DNA of 64,000 nt from Acidobacteriota bacterium (GCA_016700175.1 CP065003.1:1805238-1869237); one strand, 5' to 3'; positions 8,919 through 18,120 are shown, numbered from the stretch's first letter. Numbers and translations are program-made. Notes: generated by a model not told the origin, from the letters alone.

Positions 8919-9338
8919 TTACTCCCCTTCAACCCAAACCTCGCCATCGGCATAAACTTCTTTCTTCCAGATCGGGACCGTTCGCTTTAATTCCTTGATC
9001 AACCATTCGCATGCCTCGAACGCAGCTCGCCGATGTGGGGCGGCGACAGAAATGACGACGCTTGTTTCACCTATCCTCAGCTTTCCGAGCCTGTGAACTA
9101 TGGCGACGTTCGAGATATCGAACTCGTCTTTCGCCGCGGCCGCAAGCCTTTCCATCTCCTTGAGCGCCATCGGCTTGTAAGCTTCATAAACCAGATATTC
9201 CGTCTCGCGGCCTCTTGTGAATCGCCGAACGTATCCGTCAAGCGTCACTGTCGCTCCGCACTCTTCGGGAACGACCCTCCGTGCGATCTCGCCGACATCG
9301 AGTGGATCTATTGTTAGTTCAAAGAACATGAGTCCCAT
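8919..9338 (-). CDS. moaE: molybdopterin synthase catalytic subunit MoaE
   Basis: 139 aa. Contains ETSVVISVAAPHRRAAFEACEWLIKELKRTVPIWKKE, the typical MoaE core. Lies downstream of moaD. Confidence 0.85.
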   Translation of the reverse strand: MGLMFFELTIDPLDVGEIARRVVPEECGATVTLDGYVRRFTRGRETEYLVYEAYKPMALKEMERLAAAAKDEFDISNVAIVHRLGKLRIGETSVVISVAAPHRRAAFEACEWLIKELKRTVPIWKKEVYADGEVWVEGE

Positions 9339-9371
9339 TGGTCAACGATCATTGCACACTTGATCAATGAC

Positions 9372-9623
9372 TCAGCCTCCTGAAACCGCGGTGAACACCG
9401 CCAGTTCGTCTCCTTCATTCACAGTCTCATCAGCCCTCACATACTCCTGGTTAACCGCAAAGAGCAGTGAGCTGCGGTCGCGGCTCGCGGTCAGTTTCGG
9501 ATAGCGATCGAGAATCTCGGTAAGTGCGGTTTCAGCCCCGATCCCGTCTTCGAGATCGATCTCCGCTTTGGCCGTTCCCGCCTCTTCAGCGGTTGCTCCG
9601 AAGAACAAGACAGATACTTTCAT
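9372..9623 (-). CDS. moaD: molybdopterin synthase sulfur-carrier subunit MoaD
   Basis: ThiS/MoaD-size protein ending in GG. The start was set at internal ATG 9623 (MKVSVLFFGA...) because the upstream part of the ORF is repeat sequence. Confidence 0.75.
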   Translation of the reverse strand: MKVSVLFFGATAEEAGTAKAEIDLEDGIGAETALTEILDRYPKLTASRDRSSLLFAVNQEYVRADETVNEGDELAVFTAVSGG

Positions 9624-9649
9624 TTTGAATCTCAAACTTTGAACTTCTC

Positions 9650-9684
9650 GAGGTAGCCCTCCCTCACGGTCGGGCTTCCGACAC
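9650..9684. repeat. dispersed word GTAGCCCTCCCTCACGGTCGGGCTTC(C)GACAC
   Basis: Near-identical copy at 23336-23372. A related stretch occurs at 27455-27490. Confidence 0.85.
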
Positions 9685-9761
9685 CACTCACTGCTCACCG
9701 CTCACGGCTCACTGCCCACTGCTCACTGCTCACTGCCCACTGCTCACTGCTCACCGCTTAC
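9685..9761 (+). repeat. heptamer tandem array (TGCTCAC/TGCCCAC family) x11
   Basis: Counted unit by unit. Overlaps the last 5 codons and the stop of the acyl-CoA ligase gene. Confidence 0.95.
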
Positions 9762-11342
9762 CTCTTTCTTAAGCGTCAACTTGTGGATCTTTCCCGTCCC
9801 GCCGATCGGGAGCTCGTCCCGGAACTCCACATAACGCGGATACTTGTTCGCCGCGAACTGCTCCTTGCACCAGTCGATGAACTCTTTCTCAGATAGCTCG
9901 GCTCCCTCGTTCAGGACGAGAAAAGCCTTCACTTCCTCTCCCATCTTCTCGTCCGGTACGCCGATCACGGCCACCAGAGACACCGCCGGATGCGTCATTA
10001 TCACTTCCTCGAGCTCGCGCGGATAGACGTTGTACCCACCGCGCAGGATCATGTCCTTCTTGCGGTCGACGATCTGCACGTAGCCGTCTTCGTCGATGAT
10101 CCCTATGTCGCCCGAATGGAACCAGCCGTTCTTGAAAGCTTCAGCGGTAGCCTCGGGCCGTTTGTAGTAGCCCTTCATCACGTTCGGACCGCGGATCACG
10201 ATCTCGCCGCGTTCGCCCGCCGGGACCGTCCTTCCTTCCTCGTCGACACACCGGACGTCCACACCCTGGATCGGCTGGCCGACCGTGCCGGGCTTCGAAG
10301 GCCTGTCGAAATGATTGAAGGTCGCGAGCGGCGATGTCTCAGACAAGCCGTAACCTTCGAGAATGCGCACGCCGAACATTTCGCCGAACTCGCGCATGAC
10401 TTCCACAGGCATCGGCGCGCCGCCGGAGGTCGGAACCTTGAAGAACTCTTTGATCTTCGACACGTCGCGGCCCGTCTGCTTCACGTACTGAAGAAGCGCC
10501 CAGTACATCGTCGGGACGCCGACCCAGAAGTTCACGCGCTCTTTTTCCATCGCGTCGAGCGTCGCCGCCGGATCGAACCTGGGGATCAAAACGACCCGGT
10601 TCCCCGCGAACATGTTCGTGTTCATCTGGACCGTCTGCCCGGTCGTGTGGAAAAGCGGAAGCGTGATCAGGCAGGTCATCTGACCGCCTCCGGTGAAATC
10701 CAGCACCGGAAGGTGAATGTTGTATGTCGTGCTTATGTTCGTGAAGAGGTTCAGGTGAGTGAGTTCCGCGCCTTTCGGCTGGCCGGTCGTGCCGGAAGTG
10801 TAAAGGATCGCGCAGGTGTCGTCCGGGTCCGTCGCGACCGTCTCGTACACGGCCGGCTTGTCATAGATCAGCTGGGTCAGCGTTCGATGGCCCTCGATCG
10901 GGCTCGGAGCAAGCTTGTCCGCCGTCATCACGACCAGGTGCTCGCATGTTCCGGCGCGGTCAAACCCTTCCTTGACCATCTGCGCCATGGGAAGTTCGTC
11001 CGTGCCTTCAAACACGAATACCGCCTTGGCGTCGGAATCCTCCAGGTGATACGCGATCTCCCTGGGCTTGAACAGCACGTTCAGAGGCACGACCGCGGCG
11101 CCCGCTTTGAGGATTCCGTAATAGACCATCGGAAAATACGGCAGGTTAGGACAGCTGAGCGCGACCTTGTCGCCCTTCTCGATCCCGAGTTCCCCGAGAG
11201 CGTGCGCGACGCGGTTCGCAAGCGCGTTCAGTTCCCCGTACGTCATCCTGACGTCGTTCCAGATCACCGCCTCCTTTTCAGGAGCGAGCCGCGCCTGATG
11301 CTCGATGATCGAGGCGAGATTTAACGTAGTTACTTTCCCCAT
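9744..11342 (-). CDS. long-chain fatty-acid--CoA ligase / AMP-dependent synthetase
   Basis: AMP-binding motif ILYTSGTTGQPKGA and the usual C-terminal GWFHSGD...GKI blocks. The last 5 codons and the stop lie in a heptamer array. Confidence 0.9.
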   Translation of the reverse strand: MGKVTTLNLASIIEHQARLAPEKEAVIWNDVRMTYGELNALANRVAHALGELGIEKGDKVALSCPNLPYFPMVYYGILKAGAAVVPLNVLFKPREIAYHLEDSDAKAVFVFEGTDELPMAQMVKEGFDRAGTCEHLVVMTADKLAPSPIEGHRTLTQLIYDKPAVYETVATDPDDTCAILYTSGTTGQPKGAELTHLNLFTNISTTYNIHLPVLDFTGGGQMTCLITLPLFHTTGQTVQMNTNMFAGNRVVLIPRFDPAATLDAMEKERVNFWVGVPTMYWALLQYVKQTGRDVSKIKEFFKVPTSGGAPMPVEVMREFGEMFGVRILEGYGLSETSPLATFNHFDRPSKPGTVGQPIQGVDVRCVDEEGRTVPAGERGEIVIRGPNVMKGYYKRPEATAEAFKNGWFHSGDIGIIDEDGYVQIVDRKKDMILRGGYNVYPRELEEVIMTHPAVSLVAVIGVPDEKMGEEVKAFLVLNEGAELSEKEFIDWCKEQFAANKYPRYVEFRDELPIGGTGKIHKLTLKKEVSGEQ

Positions 11343-11410
11343 TTTCGTTCAAGACGTAAATTGAAGTGATGGTAAGACTTGCGAGTGGAGACAAGTCTAT
11401 TTCCTTAAGG

Positions 11411-11472
11411 GTTCAAAGTTCAAGGTTCAAAGTTCAAAGAGGCGAGCCGTGAGCAGTGAGCGGTGAGCAGTG
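11411..11472 (+). repeat. (GTTCAAR) x4 followed by (GTGAGCR) x3
   Basis: 11411-11438 and 11449-11472. Two word families lie side by side. Confidence 0.9.
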
Positions 11473-11576
11473 TTCGAAGCCTACGGGGTCCAACGAGTGG
11501 CACAAATTACAAGAATCATACTTCAATGACTTGGTGTCAGGTGCTGCGGATCCGGCGCGATATGTGAAGGGCCGAT

Positions 11577-11723
11577 TCTTGAATTTTGAACCTTCAACCT
11601 TGAACTTTGAACTTTGAACCTTGAACCTTGAACCTTGAACCTTGAACCTTGAACCTTGAACCTTGAACTTTGAACTTTGAACCTTGAACCTTGAACCTTG
11701 AACCTTGAACTTTGAACCTTGAA
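11577..11723 (+). repeat. heptamer tandem array (CYTTGAA) x21
   Basis: 147 nt equals exactly 21 units. It is the inverted partner of 11411-11438. The 74-aa tracked ORF here is just its translation. Confidence 0.97.
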
Positions 11724-11766
11724 GCCTACAAAGATCAGCGCGGGCACAGGTCCCGCCCCTGCAGGA

Positions 11767-12534
11767 TCAAACCGTCATCCCGCCGTCGACCACGATCGTC
11801 TGCCCCGTCACGTAAGAAGAGGCATCGGACGCGAGGAACACCGCGGCGCCTTTCAGTTCGCCTTCCTCGCCGATCCTCGGGATCGGGTTGTTCTCGCGGA
11901 TAGCATTCTCGTAAATGTCGATCACCGGATCGGCGAGCCTCGATCGGAAGAATCCCGGAGCGATCGCATTGACGCGGATCCCCCTTCTTCCCCAGCTTGC
12001 CGCAAGCTCGCGGGTAAGCCCGATCAGCCCCGCCTTGCTCGCTACGTAGCCTGCGTAAAAAGGTCCGTTGGCCGACGAGGTGATCCCTGAAATGGACGTG
12101 ATGTTGATGATCGAACCGCTTCCCTGCTTCAGCATCTCGCGGCCCGCCGCCTGTGCGAAGAGAAAGCAGCCGGTCAGATTCACGTCCACGACCTTCTGCC
12201 ACTTTTCGAGCGGCATCTCCTCGGGCATCGCCCCCCACGAAATGCCCGCGTTGTTGATCAGGATATCGACCTTGCCGAACTTTTCGACCGTCGCATCGAC
12301 GACCGTCTGAACCTCGTCGGCCACTGAGGTGTCGCAGAGCATCGACTCGACCTCGAATCCGCGGCCTTTGAACTCCTCGACCGTTTCATCCAGCCATTCC
12401 GCGCGCCTTGCGCACAGCATCAGCGAAGCGCCCGCTTCCGCCAGGCCCTCCGCCATCTCTTTACCCAGCCCTCGCGATCCGCCGGTGACGATCGCAGACC
12501 GACCTGTGAGATCGAACAATTCCATTACGCTCAT
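11767..12534 (-). CDS. SDR-family oxidoreductase
   Basis: TGGSRGLG cofactor motif and YVASK catalytic YxxxK. Starts 6 nt downstream of the kinase stop on the same strand. Confidence 0.9.
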   Translation of the reverse strand: MSVMELFDLTGRSAIVTGGSRGLGKEMAEGLAEAGASLMLCARRAEWLDETVEEFKGRGFEVESMLCDTSVADEVQTVVDATVEKFGKVDILINNAGISWGAMPEEMPLEKWQKVVDVNLTGCFLFAQAAGREMLKQGSGSIINITSISGITSSANGPFYAGYVASKAGLIGLTRELAASWGRRGIRVNAIAPGFFRSRLADPVIDIYENAIRENNPIPRIGEEGELKGAAVFLASDASSYVTGQTIVVDGGMTV

Positions 12535-12540
12535 AATTCT

Positions 12541-15165
12541 TCAGCCTTCGGTACGGCCGCTTGATCGCGGCATACCCATCCGTTCAAGGAGCTTGAAATA
12601 CCGCGGATCGCTGCGGATCTGTTCGAACGGAGGGCTCCACCGGATATAAGGCAAAAAGGCGCTGCGAGCTTCAAAATCCTTCTCCAGCCATTCGAAAGCC
12701 TTGTCATTCTCCCCGAGCCCGGAATAGATGCGGGCGATGTTCCGGCCCTGAGAAGAACTGGATCGGTACCTCTCGATCAGCGAATCGAGTATCTTACCGG
12801 CCTCGTCCCTTTTACCCGCCCTCGCAAGCACGTAACCGTAGATGGACAACGCGTTGACCGATTCCGGCGCCAGCTTGTTACACGTGGTCGCCGTTTCGAC
12901 AGCCGATCGGAAGTTTTCCCGGCTGGCTTCCGCCAATGCCAGCATGCAGTGGGTCCACGGAAAATCCGGTTCCAGCGCGATCGATCTCTGAAGTACCGAT
13001 ATCGCCGACACGTGATCCCCGAGCACGAGATGCGCTCCGGCGAGATTCGTGATGATGATCCCCGACAGCGGGTCCAGCTGCTCGGCGATCTTCGATTCGA
13101 CAAGCGATTCGTCAAATCTTCCGAGCTCACGGAGCAGAAGGCTGTACCAGTGCCGGACTTCGGCATAATTCGGCTTCAGGCTGATTGCCGTCTTGTACTC
13201 ACGCTCAGCCTCCGTCCATTCCCACGAACGATGAAGCACAAGTCCGAGCGACGCGTGGGCTTCCGGGAGCATAGGATCCGCTTCCAGGGCCTTTGAAGCG
13301 TATGCCCTTGCGCGCCTTAGTAGCTCCGAAGAGCGCTCGCCGGTGTAGTTCTCGAGCAGCACATAGGAATCCGAAAGCCCTACATAGGCCAAAGCGAATC
13401 CGGGATCGGATTCGACAGCCGCGGAATACTCCTCGATCGCCGTCCTGAGGCTGTCGGGAGTCCTCTTGTTCCATTGGTAGCGGCCGCGCAGATAGTGCCG
13501 AAAGGCTTCCGCGCTCGCGGTGTACGGCTTTTCGAGGCGCTCACGCTCCGGTTTCGCTATCTCGAGGTTGAGTTCTTCCAGGATATCGATGGCGATAGCG
13601 TTCTGCAGCGACGCGAACTCCGAATGGTCTCTGGTGTAGCCGCGCCCCCATAACCGGTTGCCCGTAGCAGTTTCGACGATCTCGATGTTCACCCCGATCC
13701 CCTGCGACTGCTTTGTGATCTCTCCAAGCACCACGGTGTCGACCGCCAGTCTGCGGCCGATCTCCTGGGCCGTCACGTCCTGCCCCTTGAACCTGAACAC
13801 GGAACTTCGCGCCTTCACTTTGACGGACGGCATATGGGACAGCTTGTCGATCAGCGATTCGGTGAAACCGTCGGCGACTGCCTCGAATTCCGGATCTTCA
13901 GTCAGGTTCACGATCGGAAGGACCGCCACCGCCTCAATGTTGGGCCTCGCCTCCGTCGCAAGCAATGAGTACAGGTACAAACCGGCGATCGAGGCGATCG
14001 CGAGGACCGCAGCAGCAGACGCTAACCATCTTCGGCTTTTCCCGGCGCGAAACGATCCACTGGTTTCGCGGATGCCCTCCGTCGAGTTGGCTCCGTTTAC
14101 CCGGGCACGAAATGCCCGGAGATCGGCCAGCATCTCTCCGGCGGACGAATATCGCTCTTCAGGGTCCTTCTTGATGGCCTTCCCGATTATTCTCTGAAGG
14201 TCGTCCGCTTCCCCGGCATCCGGCACGTTTTCGAACACCGGTTCTTTTTCGAGAATCGACGATACCGTGTCCGAATGGGTCTCGCCGTCGAATGGCGCCT
14301 CGCCTGTCAACATTTGGTAGAGCACGACACCGAAGCTGAAGATGTCGGTTCTGAAGTCGACCTCACCCGCGCGTGCCTGTTCCGGCGACATATATCCTGA
14401 GGTCCCGACGACAAGGCCCCTGATGGACGAAGCTTCCGCTCCATCGGCTCCTGCCTGTCCGCTTACGCTTTCCGTAAGCTTGGCAACTCCGAAATCAAGC
14501 ACCTTTACAAGCCCGTCGGGCCTGATCATTATGTTGCCGGGCTTTATGTCTCGGTGGATGATGCCCGCGTCGTGCGCGGCCTCGAGCGCCGAACCGATCT
14601 GCACGGCGACATCCGCGATCTCGTCAAGTTCCATCGCTCCGCGTTTCAGGCGGTCGCGAAGCGTCTCTCCCTCGATAAACTCGGTGGCAATGTACCTCAG
14701 TTCCTCGGTGTCCCCGATATCGTAGACGGTGAGGATGTTGGGGTGATTCAGCGCCGAGGCCGTTTTTGCTTCAAGCTCGAATCGCCGCAGCGCACCGCTT
14801 CTCCCGAGCAGGCCGCCGCTGACGAACTTGATCGCCAGTTTGCGGTCGAGACGCGGATCCTCGGCGAGATAGACGGTTCCCATACCGCCTTGCCCGATCT
14901 TGCTTATGATCCTGAAATTGCCGAGGTCCGTGCCGCTCAGGTCCGCGGCGCCGACGGAAGACAGAAGCTCGGCGGCGAGATCCTCGGGAGGAATGTCGAC
15001 GACACCGTTGAATTCGTCGTCAAACGAAAGAAGCTCCTTCAACCGTTCCTCGACCGCCTGGTCGCCGCCGGACCGCGAACGGACGAATCCGTCCCTCTCC
15101 TCGGCCGGGAGCTCGATCGCCCGGTGATACAGGTCTTCGATCCGTTTGAATAAGGCAGGATCCAT
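12541..15165 (-). CDS. Ser/Thr protein kinase with TM helix and C-terminal TPR domain, sigma-linked
   Basis: G-loop GQGGMG at aa 91-96, HRDIKPGN, DFG, SPEQ. A 70-aa N-terminal helical extension, one TM helix and TPR repeats. Confidence 0.9.
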   Translation of the reverse strand: MDPALFKRIEDLYHRAIELPAEERDGFVRSRSGGDQAVEERLKELLSFDDEFNGVVDIPPEDLAAELLSSVGAADLSGTDLGNFRIISKIGQGGMGTVYLAEDPRLDRKLAIKFVSGGLLGRSGALRRFELEAKTASALNHPNILTVYDIGDTEELRYIATEFIEGETLRDRLKRGAMELDEIADVAVQIGSALEAAHDAGIIHRDIKPGNIMIRPDGLVKVLDFGVAKLTESVSGQAGADGAEASSIRGLVVGTSGYMSPEQARAGEVDFRTDIFSFGVVLYQMLTGEAPFDGETHSDTVSSILEKEPVFENVPDAGEADDLQRIIGKAIKKDPEERYSSAGEMLADLRAFRARVNGANSTEGIRETSGSFRAGKSRRWLASAAAVLAIASIAGLYLYSLLATEARPNIEAVAVLPIVNLTEDPEFEAVADGFTESLIDKLSHMPSVKVKARSSVFRFKGQDVTAQEIGRRLAVDTVVLGEITKQSQGIGVNIEIVETATGNRLWGRGYTRDHSEFASLQNAIAIDILEELNLEIAKPERERLEKPYTASAEAFRHYLRGRYQWNKRTPDSLRTAIEEYSAAVESDPGFALAYVGLSDSYVLLENYTGERSSELLRRARAYASKALEADPMLPEAHASLGLVLHRSWEWTEAEREYKTAISLKPNYAEVRHWYSLLLRELGRFDESLVESKIAEQLDPLSGIIITNLAGAHLVLGDHVSAISVLQRSIALEPDFPWTHCMLALAEASRENFRSAVETATTCNKLAPESVNALSIYGYVLARAGKRDEAGKILDSLIERYRSSSSQGRNIARIYSGLGENDKAFEWLEKDFEARSAFLPYIRWSPPFEQIRSDPRYFKLLERMGMPRSSGRTEG

Positions 15166-15171
15166 CGATCT

Positions 15172-15750
15172 TCAGCCCCGCTGCAGCTCGTTAAGAAGCC
15201 AGCTTCGGGCAAATCTCCAGTCACGCTTCACGGTGTTCGGCGAAACGTCCAGCACGCCTGCGATCTCGTCGGTGTTCATACCTCCGAAGAACCGAAGCTC
15301 CACCACCCTCGACTTGCGCGCGTCGAGCGTCTCGAGCTCATTTAGCGCATCATCCAGCGCCACTATCTCGTCCGTCCGTTCGTCGGTCACGTAAAGATGG
15401 TCTTCAAGCGTGATCCTCTGCGGACTGCCTCCCCGTTTTGCCCTTCCCTTTGCACGGGCGTAATCGACGAGAATATGGCGCATCGCCTGGGCCGCAACGC
15501 CGAAAAAATGCGCGCGGTTCTTCCAGTTCCTCTCGTCAGCACCGGCAAGTTTCAGGTAGGCCTCGTGGATGAGCTCGGTGGTCTGCAGAGTGTGGCCTCC
15601 CTGTTTGTTCAGGTACCGACCGGCCATTTTGTGCAATTCGGCGTACACAAGCGGCATAAGCTCCTCGAGAGCTTTTTCGCTTCCGTCGCTCCATTCGGCG
15701 AGCAGACGCGTAACCTGATGAGTCTCGGTATCTCCCATTCCTTTACTCAC
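15172..15750 (-). CDS. ECF-type RNA polymerase sigma factor (kinase-associated family)
   Basis: Sigma-70 regions 2 and 4 are present. The TRLLAEWSDGSEKALEELMPLVYAEL N-terminus is typical of the ECF family found next to Ser/Thr kinases. No anti-sigma gene is adjacent. Confidence 0.9.
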   Translation of the reverse strand: MSKGMGDTETHQVTRLLAEWSDGSEKALEELMPLVYAELHKMAGRYLNKQGGHTLQTTELIHEAYLKLAGADERNWKNRAHFFGVAAQAMRHILVDYARAKGRAKRGGSPQRITLEDHLYVTDERTDEIVALDDALNELETLDARKSRVVELRFFGGMNTDEIAGVLDVSPNTVKRDWRFARSWLLNELQRG

Positions 15751-16137
15751 CGACGGAGTCCGGATGCGGGAACGCGCCTGTTCGAAAGCAGGATTCCCAA
15801 CCGGGCCCGGTCATGAGGCGTTCTATTCTGGTGGCTTTGATGGATCGCAGTGCCCTGATTTTAAGTGATGGGCGAGCTAATTGAAAGAACAATGTACGCA
15901 TCCGCGAGGAGATCGTCTCGCGAGAGCTCGATGACCGCCGGGCTTTGACGAACACGACATTTGCGCACCTGAGCAGATGGACCTCGCCGCCTGACATCCG
16001 TCACTTCGTATTTCCCCGCCTCTCGTCACGCACATCCGCCGTTCGTCACAAAACCGAGTCATCAGCCGCGCGGCCAATGTACGATCGCCCGCATAGCGGA
16101 CAAGCCGCACGCAAATCGATCAGGAGGAGCATTCATC

Positions 16138-16821
16138 ATGTATATGTTTATCGTCGATCCATACCAGGTCTACAAGCTAATCGGGGCGCTAATAGCCTTT
16201 CTTGCGATATTTTTCACCTGCGGTACCGCATCCGCGGCACACGGGCAGGGCGACGCTGAAAAGAAAGACCCTTCGGTCTTCACCGAGGCGGACAGGACGA
16301 AGGCGCTCGAGAAACTGAACGAGACGCGTACCAGGCTTTCCAACGAACTGAAGGGCCTGTCCGACAAGCAGCTCATTTACCGGTCCGGACCCGACCGTTG
16401 GACGATCGCACAAGTCGCTGAGCACATCATCATCGCCGAGCAGAGGATCTCAACCCTGATCGCGGAGAGCATCGTGAAAGGGCCCGAACACTCTTCACCC
16501 GACGTTTTCCGTGTTAACGACATCGCGATCCCTCTGGCGATCACCAACCGGAACCAGAAGTTCACCGCGCCACCGACCGTGCAGCCCGAAGGAAGGTGGA
16601 AGACCCGCGACGAACTGCTCTCGGAATGGGAAACCTCGAGAGCAAAGACGATATCGTTCCTTAAAACGACGGAAGTGAACCTCCGCACGCGGTTCGCGGA
16701 GAACCCCGTGCTCGGAATGATCGACGCCTTTCAGTGGATCATCTTCCTGGACTCGCACGCGAGAAGGCATCTGGAGCAGATCGCGGAGGTGAAGGCGGAC
16801 GCGGGATATCCGACGAACTAG
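16138..16821 (+). CDS. DinB-family protein with signal peptide
   Basis: WTIAQVAEHIIIAEQ and HARRHLEQI histidine motifs of the DinB_2 four-helix bundle. Hydrophobic N-terminal leader. Confidence 0.75.
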   Translation: MYMFIVDPYQVYKLIGALIAFLAIFFTCGTASAAHGQGDAEKKDPSVFTEADRTKALEKLNETRTRLSNELKGLSDKQLIYRSGPDRWTIAQVAEHIIIAEQRISTLIAESIVKGPEHSSPDVFRVNDIAIPLAITNRNQKFTAPPTVQPEGRWKTRDELLSEWETSRAKTISFLKTTEVNLRTRFAENPVLGMIDAFQWIIFLDSHARRHLEQIAEVKADAGYPTN

Positions 16822-16872
16822 GGCAGGATTCATACGGGTCCTATGTAGGCGATCCGCCTGCACGAGGCGCCG

Positions 16873-18111
16873 TTGGCGGAGGGAAAGATTGAACGGTCAG
16901 CAAAATTCTTTCCGCCTTCGGCGCCTTCATCTCTCGCGTGGGCCTTTTCGGATCAGCGGAATGTTGATAGATTGTGGCTCCTGATGTTCAAAGGCCTCAA
17001 AGAGCACGAACCCGGATTCCTCAGATGGAAGCTTCTCATTTTCTGGGCATTGCTCACCTTCGTGGGACTTCTACTGACGATCTCGCTTTACGCGGGTAGT
17101 TACGCCGTCGGCGAGCCGGCGACTCTTTTGGAAGCCTTGAATTCGCAGATGGTCCGGTTCCAGGTCTGGGCGGCGTTCGCGGTTCTGATCGTCGGCGTGG
17201 ACCTTGTTTACAGGCGCTACTTCCGCTCGTGGTTTCTCCGATTTCCTGTTCATCTTGTGACGGCACTGGTCTGGTCGGCAGTCACGGCCACCGTCACCGT
17301 AGTGTTGATGTGGCTGTTCGAAGGACTGACGAGCTCGCAGCCGAGCGGGCTTGGTACGATCGCCGCGGCGACAGGCGTCGGAAGCGTCGTGACCGGGGTG
17401 ATCGGCTACAAGATAATCCTGACCACCAATTACGCGCTCGATTTCAACAAGAAGTTCAACGACGAGAAGAACAAGAGCGAAGTGCTCGAGAGGCAACTTG
17501 CACAGGCGCAGCTGCAGGCGCTGAAGATGCAGCTTCAGCCTCATTTTCTTTTCAACACGTTGAATTCGCTGTCGAGCCTGGCGCTGGAAGATCCCAGGCA
17601 GACGGTGCATATGATAACCAGGCTCGGGGACTTTCTGCGGATGACCGTCGATTCGAACGGCACGCAGACAGTCTCGCTGGAGCAGGAACTGGAGTTTCTG
17701 AAGAACTACCTGGAGATCGAAAAGGTGCGTTTCCGGGACCGTCTGGAGCCGGTGTTCGAGATCGATCCGGAAACGCTGGGCGCAGACGTGCCGAACCTGC
17801 TTCTTCAGCCGGCGGTCGAGAACGCGATCAAGCACGGCGTTTCGAAGAGCATGAGCGCGGGAAGGATCCTGATCTCGGCACTGCGAGAGGGTGAGCGGCT
17901 GGTCTTAAAGATCGAGAATGACGGACCCGTGCCGAACGGCCGGCCCGGGACGGAGGTCAGAGAAGGCGTGGGGATCGCGAACACCCGCGAGCGGCTGAAG
18001 CAGATCTACGGCGAGGACTTCGAGCTGGATTTCGAGCTGCTCCCTCGAGGTGGAGGAAGACTAATGATCTCAGTGCCCCTTAGACCGAACGGGACCGAAG
18101 ATGATCACTAG
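16873..18111 (+). CDS. sensor histidine kinase, LytS/YehU type
   Basis: Multiple TM helices, LQPHFLFNTLNS (His_kinase PF06580-type H-box) and HATPase N-box LLLQPAVENAIKHG. TTG start is uncertain. Confidence 0.8.
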   Translation: MAEGKIERSAKFFPPSAPSSLAWAFSDQRNVDRLWLLMFKGLKEHEPGFLRWKLLIFWALLTFVGLLLTISLYAGSYAVGEPATLLEALNSQMVRFQVWAAFAVLIVGVDLVYRRYFRSWFLRFPVHLVTALVWSAVTATVTVVLMWLFEGLTSSQPSGLGTIAAATGVGSVVTGVIGYKIILTTNYALDFNKKFNDEKNKSEVLERQLAQAQLQALKMQLQPHFLFNTLNSLSSLALEDPRQTVHMITRLGDFLRMTVDSNGTQTVSLEQELEFLKNYLEIEKVRFRDRLEPVFEIDPETLGADVPNLLLQPAVENAIKHGVSKSMSAGRILISALREGERLVLKIENDGPVPNGRPGTEVREGVGIANTRERLKQIYGEDFELDFELLPRGGGRLMISVPLRPNGTEDDH

Positions 18112-18120
18112 GTTTCTTTT

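Noticed and set aside
9990-11324. Long ORFs antisense to well-supported genes. Examples are 9990-11324, 23481-25088, 25228-26613, 27519-28397, 28262-29041, 30149-31153, 38401-39066, 44699-45928, 49665-50519, 52129-53973, 54169-55227, 56561-57382, 17071-17835 and 5971-6741.
   Set aside because: Each lies opposite a gene with clear family motifs. Their products are Arg/His/Asp/Pro-rich and low in complexity with no motifs, which is the usual shadow-ORF pattern in high-G+C DNA.
11523-11747. ORFs that are simply translated repeats. These are 11523-11747 (KVQSSRF...), 44296-44589 (SPQSSVL...), 6997-7512 (SSQLTAH...), 37158-37475, 37583-37999, 37605-37862, 47802-48380 and 63635-63928.
   Set aside because: The periodic peptide sequence mirrors the heptamer, 21-mer or 102-mer DNA repeats exactly. 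There is no independent coding signal.
15793-15800. Shared TTGGGAA motif upstream of both ECF sigma genes (minus strand; plus-strand TTCCCAA at 15794-15800 and 59280-59286) as an autoregulated ECF promoter.
   Set aside because: Only the 7-mer is shared. The downstream spacing and the putative -10 regions differ, and two instances of a 7-mer are not significant.
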